From the NCBI RefSeq assembly GCF_018977255.1, contig NW_024705359.1, positions 1-51,766 of the forward strand: a stretch of DNA of 51,766 nucleotides, written 5' to 3'. The translations under genes and the position numbers were made by a program. The stretch is from Callorhinchus milii. Taxonomy: Eukaryota. Below are positions 25,231 through 36,817 of this stretch, piece by piece; within the stretch, counting starts at the first letter, position 1; each line of letters opens with the position of its first letter. The notes under the pieces are model-generated. The model searched no databases. It worked only from the letters and a program-made list of their open reading frames with translations, and was not told the DNA's origin.

Positions 25231-26984
25231 ACCCCAAGGGCCTGCAAATATTTTTTTTGTGTATCTTTCCATCAATTTACAATAATTAGCAATGGAGGAA
25301 GCGGTAGATGAGGAGATTTGCTTTACACAGTTATTCGAATGTCAAATGCCATTCCATGCGTCTTGGTCACAGTATGAACCATGTGAGCTCTCAGGAGGCA
25401 CCGATATGAGTATCAGCAAATACATAGCATCCAGTGGTCTGCGAAAAACACGTAAATCGGTTTTACTTTCAAGTACACGGTGGATGAATGGCTTGCGTCT
25501 TCACTATAAACCTATAAGGCCGTATGGTGGCTCTTTGGAGAGTAAAGAGATACATTTTCAAACGTTTCTGTACTTCCTACCTGCCAATAGCATTTCTATA
25601 CATGTGACACAATTTGAAGGTCAACACTGTGAGCCACAATCTTTGCTATACATGTCTGTATTATTTGTATCACGACACAGTTAATAACAGACTATGTGTG
25701 CCACGCTCTCAACTATTATTTTGTCAATTATTTTGTTTATTCCATCATTGTAATCCATATATTTGGTCAATACGTACCTTCAGAATATAAGCCCTATTTA
25801 TTGTGCACGTTCAACAAATAGATGACGCATTGCATGTGATATTATAAACTTCATTTACTATTCAAAACCTTCTTCATATTTGTATTTGCATCTGCATTTT
25901 CTACACATTTGGTTTGGAATATATTGTGAGGTAAATATAACAAAAACGGGAATGCTTAGAGGGGGAACTGCTGCTTGTATTCGGCCTGGAACTAACTTAA
26001 ACGGAATTGATGTAAAGCTCGAAAAATTTATAAAAAAGCACAAAACTCAGTTCATATGATCGAAAAATTAGATAACAGGCCACTTGCTCTCCAAAATGTG
26101 GTTCATAAGAAACAACCACATTCTGTCCATTTACATAAATCCTCTGACAGGCAAACGGTTTCATGTTGCTTTGTATTTTTTCACAATGAATAGTCTTATA
26201 TTCATGATTTACAATGGTCACAATATCAGCACAGAGCGATGTCTCAGAGCGCTGTACAGGATATGCTGTAAAGTTTGCGTTTTGTGACCTACCTTGGAAC
26301 ATGGTTTGTACAGCAATGTCCCACACACAGGAGTAGAGGGAATGACGAATTTTGTGGTCGATCGGAAACTCGAAGCATAAACTCGCTTAACTTTTGAACC
26401 GTTCCACAGTATAATGATGCACGTTTCTTCACAGATGTAAAGTCAATTCACTTTACGGTGTAATCTGTGAAGCGCTTTGAGACACCAAGAAGACGTGAAA
26501 AGCGCTATGTCAAATGCAAGGATTATTAAAATATTATTATTATCCAGCAGCACAGGCACAGAGGACATCTCTGTTAAACATATGTTCAGAACTCAAGACT
26601 GCTAACAAGGCAGCACTTCCTCATCACTGGGTGTCAGTCGAGGCAATATCAGTTTGTAGTCCGATATATACACCATTAAATGCCATTCAGACATTCTGTC
26701 CAAAACCCAGTTCCACATTGTGTTTGGGCTTCAACCCACAGTATTCGGAATCGGGAGCGGGAGAGAGAGCTACAAACTCAACCAGGCTGAAAGTGTCAAC
26801 ACATAATCATCTTTCCTTGAAGTATGACTGGAACCTATTGCGGACAGAAATTATGGACAGAAAGAAGGCAAACTATATTTGTCGCTCAGGGTAAATCATG
26901 TTACAAAGATCACTTGCGGAGTGGAGAGGCAAATGTTCTCTGGGATGTGATGCTAGAGAGTATGAGCAGATAGCCTGAAAGCTA

Positions 26985-27185
26985 TCCAAAACCCAAAACA
27001 ATAATAAATTGGTCATTTTCTATCTACGACTGTTTGTGGGACATTGCTGTGCGCAATTGGCTGCCGCGTTCGCCCACAAATATACAGTCAATTCACGTTA
27101 CAGTGTGTTCTGTGAAGCGCTTTGGGACATCCTCCCGATGTGTAAAGCGCTATATCAAATGCAAGGATTATTATTATTATTATTT
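26985..27185 (+). mobile_element. SINE 3' two-thirds
   Basis: Near-identical to body and tail of the 22625 copy. Confidence 0.88.
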
Positions 27186-28245
27186 ATTAAAGCCCAATGG
27201 TGAGATGGGCAGGGTAGGGCAGGAGACACTAAACAGGCAAGAGAGGAATCATATCATTTCGTAGGTTGTAAGGAGTAGGCAATTGTTGGTTGTGGCAAAA
27301 GCTCAGAGGGCTTTGAAGTTAAGGACTAGGCTACGATCAGCCGGTTCCTGGTGACTATCAACATCAGGGGATGTGATGGTAGCGTTGATCACCCGGTGGC
27401 TATGATCAGTCCACTTAAAACATGGACAATTGTGCTTGCATAAAAGGATTTCTTCAATAATGGTTGCAATCGGTTTCAACCCATTCTGCAGCCGTTTCCC
27501 CCAGAACCTTTTATAATTCAGTTCCAGATATTGAAGAACTGATCTCTGATCAGGAAATGTGAATTGGTCTCAGCCATGTTTTCATGTTGGGGATGCAACG
27601 TCATAAATCCTGTCTGGGTAATATCTACGATAATCTCTTTTTGTTGAAGAATACAGTATTTGGCGTGAATTGTTTGAAGTTAGTAGATTGCTTAACACAC
27701 CATTCCTACACCTTTGTGACAAAAGTAAAACTATTTGGTTCTCTTAATTTGCTCTTACATCTACAACCTCAGCGGCGTTCCTCAAAGTTTCTAACGTAAT
27801 AATCTGTGTCAATGCATCTGGACGAAATGAAAATTATTTCAGATATCGCCTTAGTTTAATTAATTGGCTTGAAATAGTATGTGAAAGTTTCCTCCATTGC
27901 AGATTAAAAGTTGATCTTTCTTCTTCAAATACAGAAAGATCTGCTTCCCCTGTGGTCAACCGAGGTATTGCAGGCTGCAGCCTGGCTTCCTTATCTGATT
28001 GTAATGTTCTCAAATGCTGACAACACAGCAGGGCTCTGAAGTGTCGATTTAACCGTATATTACTCAAAACAAAAAAAAGTTCTGGATAGGTAAAGCTCAA
28101 AGTACAAACATGTTGCTTTATGTGAAGTTATCCAAATAGTTACAGTATATTCTACTGTTTGTATGGTATACTCTGTGGAGCAACTTGTGATGTCCCGAAG
28201 ATGTGATAATGCGCTATATCAAATCCATGCAATATTATTATTATA

Positions 28246-28558
28246 ATAGTAATAATCCTTGCATTTGATATAGCGCTTTTCACGTCGGGAGGACGTCCCG
28301 AAGCGCTTCAAGGAACACACTGTAAAGTGAATTGACTATATTTTTGTGGGCGAACGCGGCAGCCAATTGTGCACAGCAATGTCCCACAAACAGTCGTAGA
28401 TTGAAAATGATCAATTTATTATTGTTGTGGTTTTGGAGGGATTATTATTAGGCTCTAGGTGGAGTAAGGAGACTTGCAGAAGATTTCCCCCTGTCTGGAA
28501 TTGAACTCAGATCTCTCGCTTGCAAAGCAAGTGCTTTAACCACTGAGCTACAGTACTC
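28246..28558 (-). mobile_element. Full-length SINE flanked by a 43-bp imperfect direct repeat
   Basis: Reverse complement of the family pattern; flanks 28203-28245 and 28560-28602 match at 37/43 positions. Confidence 0.9.
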
Positions 28559-29079
28559 AGTGATAATGCACTGTATCATATCCAAGCAATATTACTATTA
28601 CAGCTGGACCAGGCCTGTTATACAGAGACCATGCTTAATATTCAGAAACCATTGACCTTCACTTGAGTAATGAATTCAACTTATTGCCCACACTGACAAA
28701 TGAAGGTGAAAGGTGTTTTGGCAAATATTATCAATCCATTTGCAAAGCTCACGTTAACGTATAGAATGATATCTTAATCAGCGTCACTGCTTCGTTATTA
28801 TTGTTCGTGTAGGTCGTGGAAAATGTTAATACATCCCAGGCTAATGAGTGAATGTTACAAATTAAGTCATGTTTACTTGTAACAAGTATCGAGGGCCATG
28901 TGAGAGCAACGTTAAACTAATTTGAGTAAATATTATAACCATTCGTACTAATTTGTTAATGCGCCTTTGATCGGCAGAGGAGGCCTAATATGTGTGATCA
29001 AGTATTTGTTGCACTTACTCAGATGAGTTAGCACTGGTGGGTAGACATGTGGGGTGTAAACCCGACACACACGTGAGCA

Positions 29080-30290
29080 CATTTGCTTCTGAGGTTTAAA
29101 TCCCACAGAGCTGTGATCCACAGTGTTTGAGAAGCCTGTAATTATAGCATAGAAATGCTCGTGTATATACTGTTTGCTGTTACATATTTGTTCTTTGCTG
29201 TTACATTTTGGGCAACATTTGACATAATTCTAACTGCAATAATAGTGGGTTTAGATAAGTGGACCTAATGTGTTATTTCGCCGTTATTTACTTCAAACGC
29301 ACAGCCATGTCCTCTTGCAAAGCGCACGAAAGTTTGTGGTGTCGTGCGTGTCGAATACAATCTTATTTATCTCTCTGCATGATCTGCCTCAGCAGCTTCC
29401 GCTGCCAGTAGTCTTCGTCCACCAACCTCCCCTCCGACCTCCACTGCTCCAACCCGCTATCCCCCGTCTCTTTTTCTCTCTCTTTCACACACAAAAACAC
29501 AGCTGATTTAAAGCAGGAAACAATCATATCGGCCTGCAGTACAAATGTATTAATTAGGCGGGGTATTATTTCAATTTCCACATCCACATCCGTCACCAAA
29601 GCACCAGAAAATCCATGTTAATGCTAATATAATCTGTCGCTTTGCCGTTCGCTGCACACACACACTCACAAACATACACACAGGTTTTATGGTAGGAAAC
29701 AAGCAGCAGCTCAGATGTTATCTGACAGCAGTTTCAACTTTAACGCTTTAAAACCAATGTGGCATCACAGAGCCTTAGCAATGTATAGCTCAGAAGAAAG
29801 TCATTCAACATGTGTGTGACCAAATGATATTACACTTATTGACATGAGGTAATTCTGTTTGGCAGAGATTTCGGGTATGAAGACAACTCAGATGTCAGCA
29901 CATTGGCCTCTGAGGATTAAATCCCATAGTGACTTGTTCCTACAGTGTTTGAGAGACCTGTAATTACAGCACTGAAACGCTCAGGAATCATCTGTTTGGT
30001 GTTACATAGTATATTGTTTGCTGTTACAATTACTGGTGTCATTGTTCACAATTCTAATATTAACAATATTTACATAACTTGATCTGATGTGTTAAATTGG
30101 CCGTTATTTGCTTCGACTTCACATCCAGGTCCCGCTGCAAAGCACCAGGAAGTCTGTGGTGCAGCTCGTGTCGACTAAAATGATTTTTATCTCTCTGTAT
30201 GATCTGCCTCTGCAGATTCCGCTGCCAGTCCTCCTCGTCAACATCAACCTACCACCCCCACCACCACTCAACACCCCCCAATGCCCCCCG

Positions 30291-30321
<31 letters not shown>

Positions 30322-30500
30322 CTCACACATACATACATAAACACACATACACATATTCAAAGACAGTGGACTTAATGAAAGAATAATACCGGTTGCTGAG
30401 ATGTTATCGGGATCAGTTGCAAATGTAAATCTTCAGTCCTCAAAGATGTATCACAGTATCTTAGAAATTATAGCACAGAAGAAAAACATTTGTTGAATGT
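29080..30500. repeat. Tandem duplication, ~0.7-0.8 kb period
   Basis: CTGAGG.TTAAATCCCA..CAGTGTTTGAGA at ~29089 and ~29910; TTTATCTCTCTG.ATGATCTGCCTC at ~29366 and ~30187; GCT.AGATGTTATC at ~29708 and ~30395. Confidence 0.85.
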
Positions 30501-31147
30501 GTCTTTGGAAATAAAACGTGGCTTAGTCTAATTCACCTGCTTATCAGTGTACCACTTGGGATTAGTTCCAATTCACAAAGGAGAGACCAGATTAAAGTGA
30601 GTTTATTTCAGAGAGTGGGAAATGAAATAATATTTAAAACAATAAACTATATTAACCCTGAACTGGACAACCGCACAGCAGCACAGACATTGGAGCGCAG
30701 AGCCTCAGGAGAACACGTGTATCCAGGGCAGGGCTCAGGCATTGGAACTCAGAGCCTCAGGAGGACATGGGTATCCAGGACAGAGACATTGGAGCTCAGA
30801 GACTGTGGAGCTGATGGACATTCAGGGCAGACTCAATAACGGTTTAGACAAGAGGTGTTGGAGGTTACAAAGACAAAGTTACAGTAATCGTTTGAGTACA
30901 GAGATGATAACGGTGAAATTCAGCAGCTTCTATATTGGGAGATTTTGTGTTTCAACCAATGATAAACAGCGGCTTCGTTCAATGGAGCCAAGCGGCGAGA
31001 CACTGATAACACGTCCGAGTCACTACACGAAGAGGACAGGGTGTCATCGGCCAAAATCTGATGAACCAATGGTTAGTAAAGCAGAAATAGAAAAGGAGAG
31101 ACGCGAGGAGCTCTAAACAACGGCGACTGAAAGAGAGAGAAAAAAAG

Positions 31148-31330
31148 ACCAGCCTCTCCAGCCCTGAGCCCCTCCAGCCCTGACCCTCTCCAGCCCTGAG
31201 CCTCACCATCCCTGAGCCTCTCCAGCCCTGAGCCTCTGCAGCCCTAAGCCACTCCAGCACTCAGCTTCTCCAGCTCTGAGCCTCACTTGCCCTTAGCCTC
31301 TGTAGCCCTGAGCATCTCTGGCACCCAGTC
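31148..31330 (+). repeat. 16-bp minisatellite (CTCCAGCCCTGAGCCY, ~10 units)
   Basis: Directly visible tandem units. Confidence 0.9.
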
Positions 31331-33765
31331 TGTCCTGCCCAGTGTCTCAGGAGGCCTGAATGCCAGCAGCAGCCCTCGTTTCTTGTGAAGCTTCTTTGCT
31401 CAGGAACGGCTCATCTCTGAGACATAATTTGAGTGTTGGATCACTTGGCGCTCTATCTGTTTCTCTCTCTCTCTCTCTCTCTCTCTGGTAACAACAACCG
31501 TAAACACACAACAAATGATTCCACAATCTTATGTGTTATACTGTGAAACCACTTATATTGCTGCAGAAGATGCTGCAGGAGTTTTGCTTAGAAACATTCT
31601 AAAAAAAACATTGTTTGTTGTTGATGAGAATATAACTTTTGGTTCATGTGGGCTTCACATCGGTGCAGGTCGCCTGTAGTTGCTCGGTTGATGTGCAGGA
31701 TGTGATTATATTCTGTGAGGCATCTGTATTCATGGCCTAGATATGGTTGCGTTCCGAGTGCCACTGTTTGTGTTTGTCTATGTCTGTATTTTTATACCTG
31801 ATGTGTAACTGTCTTTTCACGTTGCGGCATATGTTTATATAATGTGTGTGTGTGTGCTTGTGAATGTGTGTGTATGCATTTGTGTATGTGTGCGGGAGTT
31901 TGGTGTCGTTGTACATGGTGTGTTGCTAGTTTTAGTGTAGTGTAAATATCCGCTGCAGTGTTTCAATCCTCTGTAAGTTTGTGCTGTAACCACTCTGAGT
32001 GGCAGCTACTGAACTGTGGAGCCTGATGTGATTGACTCGCTCCCATCTCCGCATTTGGAGCAAGAGTTTCACATTCAATAGGAAACCGATAATAATCTCG
32101 GAGGCATTTTGATTTGCTGGGAAACCCTTAAAGTTCTTTTTACACTGAACATCTTGTCGGCTGCATTTTGTATCTGTTCACATCGTGTAACAGATTATCA
32201 CCCAGACAGTAAAATAGTAAGACTACATTCTGTGGAATCTGCACTCATAATTATGACTGGTTTATACAAGGCACAGGGAGAAGGTGGCAGAGTCACTGTG
32301 TGTGTCAGACATTTACACTGAGAATGCAGTCAGGATGACTGAAACCTTGACCTGTCCCTTCACTGGGGAGAGGTCTCTGCCGCTGGTGATCAGACACAGA
32401 GGCTGAGAAGATTCCACAATAAACTCACAGACTCTCACTGTGTCGCTGCTCAGGCGCCGCGCCCACCATTAGGAGGTGTTTCTCATTGTCCTTATTTATG
32501 TATAAAATATATCTGTGTACGTCAACTTATGGTCCAAAGCTTTTATTTAAATTAAAAGTTTTATTCATGTGCTGATGCCTAAGCTTGTCTCGATTTTTAA
32601 ACAGGAGCCAGAGTCATCTCAACCCCTCCTTCTAGAGTGATGGCCTACAGTGTGATCATTCACAAGGTCAACATTGATCACTTTCCTTTCAATACCCGAA
32701 AGAGGAAGGAGAGATTATATATAACCATTCAAACTTTATTTAAAAAATGATCAAGTAAGAGAATGAATGATTGTGCTAACGTAATTAATTTTAATTTAAA
32801 CTGTATTTCTGATCACATTTTGTACAAGGCTTTGAGCAAGTTTCTCTTAAACCAACACACACCTGCATTACGATTTAAGAACATCAGAATTTCTTCGGCT
32901 GAAAAAGACCATGGTCCTTCAAGTTCGCCTTCCACCATCCGGAGAGACGCTTCAAATGCCTTGTACCAAACCATATACTGTGTCCCGAGATATTGTTTTC
33001 TTGCAGAAACCTATCTCAACTGATCCTGAAATAAAGCACTTTTTTCCTCACGGTCTCGCTATGCAAACTGTTCCACAAGTTTACTCCTCTTGCACTGAAG
33101 TAATGTTCCAGAAGATTTCTTCTGAATTTACGCTCCTTCATCGCACGCCGTGTCCTCTGGTTCCACGGTTCAGTACAAGATAAAACCGCTTTTCATATTC
33201 CTCATTATACCACCATTAGCTGCTACTTTCTGCCCCCAAAATATTCAGTCAATTCACTTGGTCGTGTATTCTGTGAAGCGCTTTGAGACGTCTCAATTAA
33301 ATGATCAGGCGCTATAACATTGGTTCGTGTTATTACATGCAATGCAATGTAAAATGATGGAAATGTATAGATTGCAAAGTGTGTGGATCAAATTGTGCGT
33401 CCATCTCACATCAAGAACACAAGAGAGATGTTGGGGCTGCACATTGATCCACATCCCCCCCTCACATACCCCAGTGTCTGTAATCCCGCTGGACACATAC
33501 AATGCACAAATGTTTGATGGCCCATCTCAACTCATGAGCCACATTTCCGCCATTGGTCTCTCAGGAACCACGATCAAAGAGAAAAGACGGGCAATTATAT
33601 CCATATACGGTAATATCACCGCTCATTGGTGAATCTTGTCAGGCGAATGCTTCATTTTATACCTATCAACAATCTATTGGTTATATGGACAGAGACATTG
33701 GTTTGGGGTGAGCTGTTGACCGGTGCTGGAGGGTCAAGACTGTAGTGGTTGACAGCGCTCGCTTG

Positions 33766-33847
33766 ATGTCCCTCACATTACTATCACACTGTCCAGTTGT
33801 GATGCTGCGGTCACTGGTCATCTACCTTCTTCTCCATATTCTGACAT
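33766..33847 (+). CDS. CD163/WC1/SCART-like SRCR receptor, coding exon 1 (signal peptide)
   Basis: ATG 33766 (alternative in-frame ATG 33802): MSLTLLSHCPVVMLRSLVIYLLLHILT, hydrophobic; donor T|GTAAGT, phase 1. Confidence 0.75.
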
Positions 33848-35797
33848 GTAAGTTAATGGTTTCTGACATATCTTCAACATAATCAAACTATGTGTTATTA
33901 TTAAAAATTAAGGAAGGTGATTAATCTCTGTTAGTACTGACTAGTTTACACAGTGATCCTATGATAGAATCAAGTTATATTTACTGAATTGCAATTTGTT
34001 ATATGGCGTTTCATGCTGTTGATAAATTTTAAAGTAAAAAAAAGGGAATCAGGCAAAAGAAAATTTAATTTTTGATCAAAACATGAGAAATATTTGAATG
34101 ACCATTTTCCGAATCACTCACGAATAAAAAAAGTCTGAAAAATGGATTGCTGTGTAAATACATAAACCATTTGTGACATTGTGAAAACTGTTTTAAATAT
34201 TGAATTCAACGCGTTGGAAGCGATTACCTGTGAGTCCTGGAGCAATGTGAATATTTGGTCAGTGTTGTAATTCTAAGCAGATTATGTGTCATGTGAATTT
34301 TACAATTTTGTGATGGTTTTAGATAATGCATTAAATAATATTCTGGCTTGGTTGCTGGTGTGTTTTAATTTACAGTTCAAATACGAGCAGTTTATCAGCA
34401 ATAACTAATATGTATTGAGTTGAATTCCCTTCTGTTGGTGGAGACCACAGTGGCACTTGAATTAAAGTTAAATATTTGAAAGGATTATGAAAAAGATTTC
34501 TATTAAGCTTCTTTGATTGAAAGTTACTTGCATATTACCGGCATGTGAAGGAAGGTTTCAACACAAATATTGCCTTTCCGCATAGGGTCCTCTGGCTTTT
34601 TATCAGAGGGGAAAGAGGCAGAGAGTTGAGGGGGAAAGAGGCAGCGAGTCGTGGGGACTGGGGGAAGGAGTTCCCGAGCGCAGAGACTGAATGGCTGAAT
34701 CTATTCCTATCTTCAGTTCAGTATTTTACTTTCTTTATTGACTCAAAAGAAAAGGATTGACTGTTGTTGTCCAATAACTACAATTGACAGTGAGGACCTG
34801 ACGCGGAGGGACTCGGTCCTGTTACAGTGAAGCTGTTTCTGGTACAATATCTCCTGTTCAGTATCAGCGCTGCTGTGAGCAATGAAAAGACACTTCTTTA
34901 GTGAAACACGGAGACTGATAAATGCAGGGATTTAACATGTAGTTTTAATTTAAATTTTTTTCCAAATAATATTGATTGTATCATCATAAAATGAAAGCTG
35001 AAGTTTTTCAATACATCGGCAAATAAGCAATCAGTAAAAGTAAATTAATTTACGTAAATAAATGAAGAAACATTGAGATAAACACATCAGTAAGTGTCCC
35101 ATTCCAGTCCCCGTGTTGTAAACACCGACTGAAGCTTCCCGTCCTGCGCCGCTGCTATTGACGGTAATCGATCTGGAGGATTGGATCATCACAGACTGAG
35201 AGCATTAACTAAGCGACAGCCGAGGGCAGTTCCCTGAGAAAAACATACATTAAATCAGTAACATAGGGACCATCATCTACAGAACCATAGCCAGAGCACC
35301 GCCGCCCTGTGTGTGTGTCTCTGTGTCTCTGTCCTCACTGTAACTGCAGCTGAGATACAATACCGCAGGTTTACAGGACAGTGTCGGGGAATGGCTTCAG
35401 CGCTCTGACCCTCAGCGGCTTTGATGTTTATATTGAACACAAACATGACGAGGAGTAAAAAGGAAAATAAATATAAATAATAAGTGAACACATGCAGGAG
35501 AAGCATATTCAACACTCTACCTGCCCCCTTGTTGCAAATGTACTAAACAATATTTCTTCACGTCCAGTATTGGTTATAATAATAATAATACAGTTGTGTG
35601 TTCGGGTGAGTTAAATAACAAAAATTCTTGCATTTGTTGTTGTGACTGATCATGTCTTCAAGACAACTCAGAGAGTTTCACATGATGCAGCGTCAAGTAA
35701 ATTGACTTTAAAGAGAATTGCAGCATCTAATTGTGCACAGCCGTGTCCAACACAGACTTGGATTGAGTAATCATATTATTATTATTATTATTATTTG

Positions 35798-36330
35798 ACT
35801 AATGCCCTCTCAGCCTGACTCCCCAGCTCTTCCCTACACAAGCTGCAGCCCAGCCAGATCCTGCAGCTCTTGTCCTCTCCAGCACCAGCCATGGCAGTCT
35901 GTCAGCGCTGCCTCACATGGCTATTTGGAGAGGACAGGACCCACAGGGGTCCGGGTGGTCTGTAGCTTGTGTTGGGAAGAGCTGTACAGAGCAAACTTCT
36001 CCAGGGCTAAAGTATCCTCAATTGGATCTGCTGGTGGATTTGGAGCCAGAACAAGATTGAATGTATTTTCTTCCTGGAGTTTAAGTCCCTGCGTGGCCTC
36101 ATTCCACTGAACATCAGCCACAGCCCCACGGCCTGACTGCTCCCTCGGCAGCTCAATTCCCCACCACCTGCTCACCAGTGTTCAGCTGTTCAGGCCCCGC
36201 TGTCTGCCATCCCCTCCCGCAGCCTCTCCCCCAACACATTGGCTCTTTTTAACCCGCCTTAAATGTTCCCTTTCCACCCGACTCTGGTCATCCTTCTCTC
36301 CTCCTTCCTCAGTTCCCCCACCGCGGCTCC
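35798..36330 (+). mobile_element. Degenerate L2 LINE 3' fragment
   Basis: Remnants NAL...LP...LHKLQ, FKSLRGL.P and FS.SGP.V typical of the L2 ORF2 C-terminus. Confidence 0.55.
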
Positions 36331-36817
36331 CGCTCCCTTCCCGCTGTGTCAGGCGGTTTGTGACGTTATCTCACTGTGAAAGCCGCTGTAAAATTGTCAA
36401 ATTATTGTTCTTTCTGCAGATTAATGAAAATATAGGAAATAACAGAACAAACGCATGGATTATATTGGCGATCTGTTCATGTTTTAAACATATTATCAAT
36501 AAAATATTACTGTCCTACCTGTAAAATAAATTAGCATTACATTGTTTTGTCTTATATATATATATAAATATATATATATGGTTGTATTGAATTAAAATGT
36601 GAGGATTGTTTCAGATGAATTAGTCAGTGAATTTATTGCAGATAGTCAAGTGCTTAAACAATGTATGTGCTGTGATGGTATCCAAATACATTCACGTCAA
36701 ATGTAAAGGTAATTTGCAGATTAATCATCATATAGTGTAAGAAGGCCCTAAACCATCCGACGGCAGCAAATCAAAGTATGTTTTTTATTCATTTCAAATC
36801 TTTCAATGTAGTGCTTC

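Noticed and set aside
29270..30386. Similar short ORFs in two copies (DEDYWQRKLLRQI / DEEDWQRNLQRQI on the minus strand)
   Set aside because: Explained by the tandem duplication; one copy has stops and I recognise no protein family or splice sites
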